Source of the DNA: a virus
Lineage: Duplodnaviria; Caudoviricetes
Reading direction: 5' to 3' (one strand)
Length of the DNA stretch: 64,000 nucleotides
Virus record (IMG/VR): IMGVR_UViG_2582580961_000003
Location: 6,302 to 70,301 of that record
A program made the position numbers and the translations under genes. Below the pieces are notes generated by a model, which did not search any database, was not told the DNA's origin, and was given only the letters and a program-made list of their open reading frames with translations. This document shows positions 28,121 through 37,360 of this stretch, in pieces (the stretch's first letter is position 1; each line of letters starts with the position of its first letter).

Positions 28121-28777
28121 ATGCCGTTACCAAAAGATAACTTACTATTTGGATTTTCGGAAATTCTTACTGATGAGCAAAAAGAATATGTAGACTCAAT
28201 TTTTGACAATCAGTTAACCATTGTAAATGCGGCTGCTGGAACTGGAAAGACAACTCTAGCCGTGGCATGTGCAAAAGTATTAGAGCGTGATTTAGTTTAT
28301 ATCTTCTCACCTGTAGAAGAAAAAGCATTAGGATATACTCCTGGATCAGTCGAGGAAAAAGAAATGAAGTATATTGTTCCATTAAAAGATGCTTTATTGG
28401 AAATTGGAGAGATTCCTGAACGTGTAATTCAGTGTGAAGGAAACGAAGATAACATGAAGAACGGAAATGCTTGGGTAAAAACTATGTCCCATGTTTTTGC
28501 TCGTGGTACGAATATTAAAGGTAATAAATTAGTAATTATCGATGAAGTCCAAAACTTTACTCGTGGTGAACTTAAGAAAGTATTAACACGTATTCATGAT
28601 GATGTAATCGTGGTTATGATTGGTCATGATGGACAATGTGATTTGAAAGACCCTAAGAAAAGTGGTTTTGTTCCGTACTTAGAGCATTTTGAGACTCAAG
28701 ATTACGCTAATATTTGTAAATTAACAGTTAACTTCCGTGGTAAATTAGCTCAACATGCTGATCTATTAAATTGGTAA
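28121..28777 (+). CDS. phoH: PhoH-family ATPase
   Basis: AAGTGKT, LGYTPG, RGTNI, IIDEVQN, GHDGQCD. Confidence 0.9.
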   Translation: MPLPKDNLLFGFSEILTDEQKEYVDSIFDNQLTIVNAAAGTGKTTLAVACAKVLERDLVYIFSPVEEKALGYTPGSVEEKEMKYIVPLKDALLEIGEIPERVIQCEGNEDNMKNGNAWVKTMSHVFARGTNIKGNKLVIIDEVQNFTRGELKKVLTRIHDDVIVVMIGHDGQCDLKDPKKSGFVPYLEHFETQDYANICKLTVNFRGKLAQHADLLNW

Positions 28778-28848
28778 AGTTTGCGTTGCTTCAAATTAAA
28801 CCAATATATGATTAATATGACGTAGGATTTTAGTTCCTATTACTATTG

Positions 28849-28878
28849 TGATTAGATAAACAATCTAATCACTTTTTT
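28849..28878 (+). terminator. Rho-independent terminator
   Basis: GTGATTAGAT-AAACA-ATCTAATCAC-TTTTT. Confidence 0.75.
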
Positions 28879-28901
28879 ATTTCTGAGAAAAGGTGACTTA
28901 A

Positions 28902-29834
28902 TTGAAGAAAAGATGGTCAGAAAATGAAATCGAACTATTAAAAAATAACTTTGATAAAGAAGATTCTGATTTAGAGGTCTTATTCCCTCATCGGAGTCTG
29001 AAGTCAATTAAGCATAAAATTAATTCTTTGAGTCTTCCTAGGGTGCAATGTTTTAAACACTATACTGATGAAGAGATAAATTTTCTAAAATTAAATTACC
29101 GTCTAAGCAAAGAAGAATTGACTAGCGCTTTAAATAGAGATTGGGAATCTATCAGAAAAAAACTATCTGAACTCAATATAGATTATCATTTAACTTTTAA
29201 GGTTTGGTCAAAAGAAGAAGTTGAATTATTATTAACTTCGAAATCAGCACAAGATGCAATAGAAAAATTACCTAATAGAAGCGAACAATCCGTAAGGTGT
29301 AAGCTGAGTGAGTTGGGTATGACATTTAAAGACTGGAAAACGGAAGACGTTAACTTCTTAATTGAAAACTACCCATCTAAAGACGCAAATTTCATAGCGA
29401 CTGAATTAAATAGAACTTTACCAAGCATTTATAAAAAGGCTAATAGCTTAGGTTTAAAAAGGGATCAGTTCACTATAAAAAGAGGAATGAAAGGTAGCAA
29501 GAACCCCAACTGGAAAGGCGGAATAGGTTCTGAAAATGCTAGGTTGAGAGATTCTCTGGAGTATAAAAATTGGAGAAACAAAGTGTTCCAAAGAGATAGT
29601 TACACTTGTAGATGTTGTGGAAATAATAAGGGTGGAAATCTTCATGCCCATCACGTTGAGAATTTCAGCGAAAACGTTGAGTTGAGATTTGTAGTCGATA
29701 ACGGCTTGACTCTTTGTAATGATTGTCACAATCCAAATGTGACAGGTTCTTTCCATAATATTTACGGAACAAGAAATAATACAAAACAACAATTAGAAGA
29801 ATTCATAAAAACGAAACAATTAATACATATATAG
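28902..29834 (+). CDS. Free-standing HNH endonuclease with tandem Myb/SANT-like repeats
   Basis: Repeats WSENEIELLK, YTDEEINFLK, WSKEEVELL, WKTEDVNFL; NPNWKGG; CRCC...HAHH...NGLTLCNDCH. Confidence 0.85.
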   Translation: MKKRWSENEIELLKNNFDKEDSDLEVLFPHRSLKSIKHKINSLSLPRVQCFKHYTDEEINFLKLNYRLSKEELTSALNRDWESIRKKLSELNIDYHLTFKVWSKEEVELLLTSKSAQDAIEKLPNRSEQSVRCKLSELGMTFKDWKTEDVNFLIENYPSKDANFIATELNRTLPSIYKKANSLGLKRDQFTIKRGMKGSKNPNWKGGIGSENARLRDSLEYKNWRNKVFQRDSYTCRCCGNNKGGNLHAHHVENFSENVELRFVVDNGLTLCNDCHNPNVTGSFHNIYGTRNNTKQQLEEFIKTKQLIHI

Positions 29835-30296
29835 CATGGCAAAAACTATGTTATCGCAACGTCCTACTCTCGCACTTTAGTTCCGTTGTGAATTCGCAAC
29901 GTTAAATAATGCACCAACTGGATTAAGAATTGGGTATGAAACCCTAACATCAGTTGAATTGAGTCGTGATGACTCTAACCAAAAAGAGAATACATATGTA
30001 GACAAAGTGACACTTAGTAGGATAAATTCCTGATGATAGTCCCTCCTTTGTTCTATTTACAACTGCGCTCATTCGAAGTAATGAGACATTATCAAGCCGA
30101 AAGGCAGTGACGAAGTGATTTGAATTGCTTCGGTTTTCAATCTTGAGGTCAATATGACACAGCTAATAACTATGCCCTTTAATTTAATTATTGAATGCGG
30201 TCTAAAAAATATTTTTCGGGTCTTGCACCCCACGCGACTGAGCGTACCTATTCACAACCCTACCCTACTTACCTGAGTTTGTATGGTGGGGTTTTT
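29831..30296 (+). ncRNA. Candidate large structured non-coding RNA
   Basis: No ORF; at least 8 local hairpins including GCC-GAAA-GGC; long-range complementarities; terminator-like hairpin at 30256-30296. Confidence 0.55.
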
Positions 30297-30321
30297 AATT
30301 TAAAGAAAGTGGGAGATTAAA

Positions 30322-30519
30322 ATGGCTAAACAGAGTTTAAGTTACGTTTTTAAAAATTGTCAAATTTCATTAACAGACAACGAAATCACAGAGTTTGGAA
30401 AAGATGATAGTAAAGTATATGTGTTATCAGATATCATTAAGAAGTTTGAAGGCGAAGGAAAACGAGTTGATATTAGTATTAAAGAAACTTCAGAGTTAGA
30501 GCCTGAAGGAGAATTTTGA
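30322..30519 (+). CDS. yonK: YonK-like small protein
   Basis: ITE..KD..KVY.L..I...FEG...V.ISIKE..EL pattern; immediately upstream of the YonJ-like gene. Confidence 0.7.
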   Translation: MAKQSLSYVFKNCQISLTDNEITEFGKDDSKVYVLSDIIKKFEGEGKRVDISIKETSELEPEGEF

Positions 30520-30521
30520 TT

Positions 30522-31724
30522 ATGAGTGATACTAATCAATTATTGAAACTGAAAGATGAGTCGTTTGTAGATTATCATGTGCGTTTGTTTGATAATAAGG
30601 ATGAGTATAAAATTGATAGCCATCGTATCGCTGAATTATTAAACTCTGAATATGGTAGCAAGTATGATGAGAGTAAATGGCGAAAAGACTATGCTCAATA
30701 TTGCAAATGGAAATCTTACTTCGTTGAAAAGAATCTAGATGAAGAAATCACTAAAAAGCACGAAGAAATTCGTATTGAATCTGAAAAAGAACGAATTCGT
30801 AAACAAGATCAAAGGCGTGAATATCAGAAATTAATTCGTGAACAGGCTCGTATTGAACATGTACGAGATGAGATGATTAAGGAATTACATAAGATTAACA
30901 AGAAGAAACCTATTAAATGGAATAAAAAAGATAACTACCAGTCTGAAAATGGTCGTGAAGGATTGTTGGTTCTTTCTGATTTACACTATGGGTTGTTTAC
31001 AAACAATCACTGGAATAAATTTGATAATGATGAATTTATAAATAGAATGTCTCGATTAGTTACAAAAACCATTGAACATGGAAAAAATAACAAAGTAAGC
31101 ACTCTTCATTTGTTTATGATTGGTGACTTAATTAATGGTTTAATCCATCAAGTAACACGAATTGTTAACACAGAAGATGCAGTATCTCAGACGATGAGTG
31201 TATCTGAAATTTTAGCTGAAGTTATTGGTACACTTTCAGATGAGTTTGACCATGTGAAAGTGTATAACTGTCGGGGAAATCATGACCGAGTTACACCGAA
31301 CCGAAAGGATGAAATTGCTAAGGAAAGCTTCAATGATTTAATCCCTTGGTATCTTAAAACTAGACTAAAAGATTCGGAGAATGTTGAGTTTGTAGAAAAT
31401 GAAATTGACGATGAAATTATCATTGCGGACATCGCAGGAAATAAAGTATTCGCTGCCCACGGACACAAAGATAAAATTAATAACATTGCACAGAACTTAA
31501 CAATGATGACTAAACAGTTTCCTGAATATATTATTATGGGACATTACCATCATCACGAGGAAAAGGAAATTCATGACGTAGAAGTTATTATTAATAGTAG
31601 TTTCTCTGGTGTAGATGAATATGCAAAAGATATTCGTGCGACAAGTAAGGCTGCTCAGAAATTTATTATCTTCACTAAAGAAGATAAACGTTTATGTACA
31701 TATAACATCTTATTAAATAAGTAA
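30522..31724 (+). CDS. yonJ: YonJ-like calcineurin-type metallophosphoesterase/nuclease
   Basis: SDLHYG, GDLING, GNHD, HGH and GHYHH motifs. Confidence 0.85.
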   Translation: MSDTNQLLKLKDESFVDYHVRLFDNKDEYKIDSHRIAELLNSEYGSKYDESKWRKDYAQYCKWKSYFVEKNLDEEITKKHEEIRIESEKERIRKQDQRREYQKLIREQARIEHVRDEMIKELHKINKKKPIKWNKKDNYQSENGREGLLVLSDLHYGLFTNNHWNKFDNDEFINRMSRLVTKTIEHGKNNKVSTLHLFMIGDLINGLIHQVTRIVNTEDAVSQTMSVSEILAEVIGTLSDEFDHVKVYNCRGNHDRVTPNRKDEIAKESFNDLIPWYLKTRLKDSENVEFVENEIDDEIIIADIAGNKVFAAHGHKDKINNIAQNLTMMTKQFPEYIIMGHYHHHEEKEIHDVEVIINSSFSGVDEYAKDIRATSKAAQKFIIFTKEDKRLCTYNILLNK

Positions 31725-31755
31725 ATTAACGTCTACATAAGAGTGGAGGGAAACT

Positions 31756-32340
31756 ATGGCGGAAATGAGCTATGTATATCCAGATAGAATTTTAGAAGAA
31801 ATGAAAGTCAATGCTGCTCTTAGAGATAGACGCATCTTCATTAATGAAGAGATTGATAGAGAATCAATGTTTAAAGCTTGCTATTTGTTGGATAGATTAG
31901 TTGAGCTTGATAAAAAATCAGCAACTAAAGAAAGCATAGAATTTGTTATTGATAGTTATGGTGGTCATATTTATCATGGTCTTTCACTCATTTCTAAGAT
32001 GGAGTCGCTACGTAAGCAAGGTTATGAAATTATTACTACTGTAAATTCTGTTGCTATGAGTATGGCTTTTATGATTTTACTTTGCGGAAGCAAAAGGTGT
32101 GGATTAGAACATAGTCGCATCATGTGTCATCAACCTAGTTCTGGAACATGGGGAACGCTTCAAGAGATGGAAGAATCTTTAGAAGAAACAGTCGAACTAT
32201 GGAATCGAATGAAGGAACTAATTATTAAATATACGAAGATTACTGATGAACAGCTAGAGGACATTAAGACACGTAAATATGATTGGTTTATGTGGAGTAA
32301 TGAGGCGTTAAAACTAGGTGTTATTGACGAGATTATTTAA
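31756..32340 (+). CDS. clpP: ClpP-family serine protease
   Basis: DRRIFIN, IDSYGG, AMSMA (Ser), IMCHQP (His), EALKLGVIDEII. Confidence 0.88.
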   Translation: MAEMSYVYPDRILEEMKVNAALRDRRIFINEEIDRESMFKACYLLDRLVELDKKSATKESIEFVIDSYGGHIYHGLSLISKMESLRKQGYEIITTVNSVAMSMAFMILLCGSKRCGLEHSRIMCHQPSSGTWGTLQEMEESLEETVELWNRMKELIIKYTKITDEQLEDIKTRKYDWFMWSNEALKLGVIDEII

Positions 32341-32353
32341 GGAGAATGATGGT

Positions 32354-32686
32354 ATGTCTGAAGAAGTTAATGAGCAAGTATTAGAATTAGACCCTGATCA
32401 ATTACAAGAATTAATTGGTGAACAATCAGATACATTACCTCCAATTGAAATTGAATTAGATGCTTATGATCAAGGAGAATTTCAAAAAGGAATTGATGAG
32501 ACATCTCATCTAGCAGGTGTTATCACCGCACTACTTAATACAGGTGTTACAGAAGGTTTTGTTTTAGATTATCTATTAAACAAAGCAACTATTGAACATA
32601 ATCTTGAGACAGCGAAAATTAATAAAGATATGAATATTGAAATGGTTAAACATCAACGAGTTGTAGCAGATAAGCATGAGCTATAA
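32354..32686 (+). CDS. Hypothetical acidic protein
   Basis: ATG after RBS AAGGAG. Confidence 0.75.
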   Translation: MSEEVNEQVLELDPDQLQELIGEQSDTLPPIEIELDAYDQGEFQKGIDETSHLAGVITALLNTGVTEGFVLDYLLNKATIEHNLETAKINKDMNIEMVKHQRVVADKHEL

Positions 32687-32804
32687 GTAAAATACCCATT
32701 TTAAAGAAATTAATATTATAGTTGTTTTATAGAATACCTACTTATTGTGGGTGTTCGATTAAGGCAGTTAAACTTTCTGTCTTAACAAAAAACTGAGAGC
32801 GAGC

Positions 32805-33311
32805 GTGTTAAGAATGAGTAAAGAACAATATGTAAAACAAGAATTAGAAATTTTTAAAACAAAGTATGAATGGAGTCACTTAGATGACTTTAGTGTTAAA
32901 GCAATGTTTGAACTACAATGGCAATATTTTAATTCACCAATTGATCATGTTAAGACTCGTTCAGAGTTGCTAAATATGATTGAGAATATAAAACGAAGAT
33001 TAGATTTGAAGCCTGTAGTTATTAAGCCAGAATTAAAAAATGAAAATAAATTTATAATTGGAATTTTTGTAAATAACGATCTTCAAGTTAGACAAATCCA
33101 TGAAACTTTTTTAACTGACATGAAAGAAAATATTACATTTTTTAGTAGTGAGAAAAACAAGGCAGCAATTCACACTAAAACTAAAATCTACAAAATTTTC
33201 GCAAGAACAAATGATGAAATTTTAAGAGGAATTACTATCCACGATTATTGGAACTTAACTGGAGATAAGCAGTTTGATAGACTTATAAGAAGTTTTCTTA
33301 ATAAATTTTAA
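32805..33311 (+). CDS. Hypothetical protein flanked by related hairpin elements
   Basis: 168-aa ORF. Confidence 0.65.
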   Translation: MLRMSKEQYVKQELEIFKTKYEWSHLDDFSVKAMFELQWQYFNSPIDHVKTRSELLNMIENIKRRLDLKPVVIKPELKNENKFIIGIFVNNDLQVRQIHETFLTDMKENITFFSSEKNKAAIHTKTKIYKIFARTNDEILRGITIHDYWNLTGDKQFDRLIRSFLNKF

Positions 33312-33518
33312 ATGGTTGTTTTATAGAGCGTCTACTAATTTTAGTAGGCGTTTTATTAAGGCAATTATTCAACAGGTGGTTTCCCTCCCCTTTCCCATCT
33401 GTTGTATTTGTCTTACATTCATTCTCCCTTTTTAATTTTTTATAAAGTTTCCCACTCCCCCTTTGTGGGAGCTTTTCTAAAGGATTGAAGAGAAAAAGTA
33501 AGAAAGGAGAAATTTATC

Positions 33519-34373
33519 ATGGCAATTACAATTAAAGAAAATCAAAAGTTATGTATGAAATGCGAAAAAGTAAAAACTAAATCACATTTCTATAAGTCAA
33601 TGTCAGAGTGGCATGGAGATAGCACCTTCCCCTACTGTAAGCACTGTGTTAAAGGGTTAGTTAATTTAGACGATGAGTACGCCATTCATACATTTTTAAT
33701 TCAATTAGACAGACCTTTCCTGAGTGATTTATGGGAAAAGGCTGTAAATGATGATAAAGAAACTTTAGGTCGATACTTAGCTTTCTTTAATGTTGGTGGA
33801 GATAAAAATAAGAGATATAAAGATGGAGAGATTTACGGAATTGTTAACAATGAAGTGTCACACAGTGATAATCCTGAATCTGTAACTCAAATAAAAGTAA
33901 GTGAAAATTTCAAAGTATCTCCTGAGATGAAGAAAAAATGGGGAGAAAGCTGGAATGATGGTGATATTCATTATCTTGAAGATTTTTATGATGAGTATAA
34001 AAACACATATTCTACTGATACACCTGCCCAAAGAAACCTTTATAGAAACATTGCAATTATACATCTTCAAGCCGAGAAGCAATTGACTGATGGACATCTG
34101 AAACAATATAAGGAACTTATGGAGTTATCCTCTAAATTACACAATGACGGAAATATTAAGCCTGTACAGTCTACTGGAGCTAATGAGGATAAAGGTTTAT
34201 CTACATATGGATTATGGATTAAAGAAGTTGAGCGTGAAGAACCTTGTGAGTTTTTTGAGAATAAAAAGATTTATGAAGATGCAGATGACCTTAAGAAATA
34301 TTTAGACAAATGGTTTGTTCGTCCATTTAAGAACATCTTCAACTTATCCAAAGATTTTGATGTGAAAGACTAA
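33519..34373 (+). CDS. YonG-like Zn-finger protein, putative terminase small subunit
   Basis: CMKC...FYKS...PYCKHC; stop overlaps the terminase start. Confidence 0.7.
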   Translation: MAITIKENQKLCMKCEKVKTKSHFYKSMSEWHGDSTFPYCKHCVKGLVNLDDEYAIHTFLIQLDRPFLSDLWEKAVNDDKETLGRYLAFFNVGGDKNKRYKDGEIYGIVNNEVSHSDNPESVTQIKVSENFKVSPEMKKKWGESWNDGDIHYLEDFYDEYKNTYSTDTPAQRNLYRNIAIIHLQAEKQLTDGHLKQYKELMELSSKLHNDGNIKPVQSTGANEDKGLSTYGLWIKEVEREEPCEFFENKKIYEDADDLKKYLDKWFVRPFKNIFNLSKDFDVKD

Positions 34374-37336
34374 TGGCTGGACATTCTAACTATCAAGTCG
34401 ATAGAAACAAAAACTCAAAAGGTCAGAACTATTTAGATAAAGTTAAAAATGCAACAAACTTAGCTGAAAGTATGAGTAAAGATGAGAGAATGAAGACTCA
34501 AATTAAGAAATGGACTACGTTTTACAGGCTAAATACACATAGGTTTATCGAGCATTATTTTGAGATTAAACTTCATTTGTTTCAAAAAATACTTTTATTT
34601 TTTATGAATCTCAACACGTTCTTCATGCTTGTGGCTGCAAGGGGATTGTCGAAGTCTTTTATTATCGGAATATTTTGTTGCGTAAGATGTGTTTTATATC
34701 CTAACACTAAAATTGTTATCGCTTCTGGACAAAAAAGTCAGGCAAAATTAATTATTACAGAAAAAATAGAAAAAGAATTGATGCAGTATCCAAATCTAGC
34801 TAGAGAAATAAAACAAATAAGGTCTAGCTCTAACGAAGCAAAGGTTATGTTTTGGAACGGCTCAACAATTGAAGCTGTAACCTCAACTGAAGGTTCTCGT
34901 GGTTATCGTTGTAACGTTTTGATTCTTGAAGAATTCCGTATGATTGATGAAAACATCTTAAAAACAGTATTACAACCATTCTTAAACGTATACAGACAAC
35001 CTCCTTATTTGCAAAAAGAAGAATATAGTCATTTGACAGAAGAAAATATAGAAATTTATATCAGTTCTGCGTACTATACATCCCACTGGATGTGGAAATC
35101 TATGCAGGCAACTAGAGATACCATGTTACAAGGTAAAGAATCAGTGATGTTTGCACTAGACTATTTAACATCTTTACATCATGGATTGTTAAGTCGAAAA
35201 CGAATAGAGCGAAACAAGCAAAGCGCAGATTTTGATGAGGTGGCGTTCCAAATGGAGTACGAAAACCTTATGTATGGTCAAAATGCTGATGCTTTGTTCA
35301 AACTTGAAGATATAACTAAAAATAGAACAAATAAAAAAGTAATCTATCCTATCCCAAACTTAGATTATCAATCTATGAAAAATAAAAGAAAGGAAAAATT
35401 GAAAGAAGGCGAAATTAGAATCATCGGTTGTGACGTTGCTCTTATGGGTGGAGATAAGAATGACGTAACGGTTTTTACTTGCGTAAGATTACTACCTCAA
35501 GGTGATAAGTATGTGAGAAAAGTATCTTATGTGGAGACTATGGAAGGACAACATACTGACAACCAAGCCATTAGACTGAAACAACTATTCGAAGATTTCC
35601 AAGCAAGTCATGTTGCACTTGACTGTCATGGTAATGGGTTGAAATGCTTGACCTCCCTGTGAGAAATCATAGGGTAATAAATCGAGGAATAAAGCAAGAA
35701 CCCTGAAATGGGAACTTGAACCGAAGGCTAAACGTAAAGGTTTAGTCAGGGGCAACGCATAGATAGTGAACCTCCTATGGAGAATATAATCTATCCACGA
35801 GTCCTCGAAACCTAAAGTTAATGAAATTTATTTTGCTCATGCATAATGTTATTGGTAACGGAGGTGAAATACGCATGATTGAAACTACAGAAACTACTAC
35901 TAGATGGAATGCAAAAACTAAAAAGTATTATGTTGAGTTAGGCTACACGTTTACAAAAATGGGTGACGAATTCCTTGTAAAAGTTAAGGATTTACCTAAA
36001 AGGTCTTCTGCTAAAATTATAGTTAAGTGTGATTACTGCGGAGAAAAGTATGAGACAACTGTAAACAAAAGATATAAAGTTTTTGAACAAAGTAGTGTCA
36101 CATTGAAAGATGTTTGTAAGAAAAAAGAATACATAAACGAAAAAACCAAAGAGTCAAACCTCAAAAAATATAGAAATGAGTATGCTATAGCTTCGAGTGT
36201 CGTTAGAGAAAAAATCAATAAGACATTTAAGGAAAAGTATAATGTGGAGAACCCTTTTCAAATTCAAGAAGTAAAAGAAGCTATTAAAGAGACATGCTTA
36301 GATAAATATGGAGTTACTTCATTTACTCAAACATTGGAATACAAAACGAAAGCCGAAGAAACAAGTATGAAAAAATATGGTACTAAGCATCCTACTAAAT
36401 CTCAAATAGTTAGAGATAAACTTAAAGGGCGAACTAAAGGAGAAAAACATTATAACTGGAAAGGTGGAATCTCAAAGAAAAACACAGTTCTTAGACAATC
36501 TTCAGAATATAAAAATTGGAGATTAGGAGTGTACCAAAGAGATAACTATACTTGCAAATGTTGTAACGTTAATTCTAATAAATTGCAGGCTCACCATATT
36601 GAAAATTTCAGTTCTAATGAAGGTAAGAGATTTGATTTAGAAAACGGAATAACTCTTTGTGAGGACTGTCATAAAAAGTTTCATAATGTGTATGGAAGAC
36701 AAAACAATAATAAAGAGCAAATTATTGAATTTATCATTAACAATGGTTAAAACGTATGCTGAACTTTAGGGAAGCAAACCTAAAGAACATAGGGATAAAA
36801 AGCCTTATGGATAACAAATTTGAAGTATCTATGATCAACTTGTTAAAGTTCTTTACGATGAGGAACGTGATGTCGAATATGAGGCTTGGTGTGCCTATAA
36901 TGATGAAGCTATGAGAAATAGAGCGAAAACCCAAAATCCGCTCCCTGTTATTTTTAGTATTAAAGCAGGCAATAGATTAAACCATGAAATCGCCTCTTCT
37001 TTACGTGTGAATCTTCAAAATTCAAATATTGAACTTTTAATAGCTGAGTCAGATGCAAGAGAATTGCTTTCTGATAAAAAAGACTTCCAAACAAAGAGCG
37101 CAGAAGGCAGAGCAGCGATGATTATGCCTTATGCTCAAACTACCTCATTGGTAAATGAACTTGTAAACCTTGAGTATGAGATTGTTGGTGGCTTTATTAA
37201 AATCAGAGAAAAATCAGGCAAAAGAAAAGACAGATACAGTAGCTTAGCATATGCGAACTACTTAGCTAAAGTATTAGAGCAAGACTTACTGCAACACACA
37301 GAAGACGACCCCGATGATGAATTGGTTTATTTTTAA
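34373..37336 (+). CDS. yonF: Terminase large subunit, spliced join(34373..35640,36823..37336), ~593 aa
   Basis: AARGLSKS, ILEEFR, DVALMGG. Splicing restores DCHGNG-L-SIYDQL; C-terminal KRKDRYSSLAY. Confidence 0.9.
35641..36822 (+). mobile_element. Group I intron in terminase, encoding an HNH homing endonuclease
   Basis: P1 GGTT|GA pairs TTGACC with U.G at the splice site; P7 GCATA/TATGC; terminal G at 36822; frame restored. Confidence 0.88.
35875..36750 (+). CDS. Intron-encoded HNH homing endonuclease
   Basis: RBS GGAGGTG; HYNWKGG, CKCC...AHH...NGITLCEDCH. Confidence 0.88.
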   Translation: MIETTETTTRWNAKTKKYYVELGYTFTKMGDEFLVKVKDLPKRSSAKIIVKCDYCGEKYETTVNKRYKVFEQSSVTLKDVCKKKEYINEKTKESNLKKYRNEYAIASSVVREKINKTFKEKYNVENPFQIQEVKEAIKETCLDKYGVTSFTQTLEYKTKAEETSMKKYGTKHPTKSQIVRDKLKGRTKGEKHYNWKGGISKKNTVLRQSSEYKNWRLGVYQRDNYTCKCCNVNSNKLQAHHIENFSSNEGKRFDLENGITLCEDCHKKFHNVYGRQNNNKEQIIEFIINNG

Positions 37337-37360
37337 CAAAAAAAAGGAGGTGTAGTTTAA

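Noticed and set aside
30030-30105. CTGATGA plus a later GAAA suggesting a hammerhead ribozyme
   Set aside because: Stems I-III could not be built around the core; the GAAA is the loop of its own hairpin.
28778-30320. HNH plus structured RNA read as a group I intron or an IscB/HEARO element
   Set aside because: No interrupted gene or P7 core found; the HNH lacks RuvC/PLMP motifs and has a terminator upstream.
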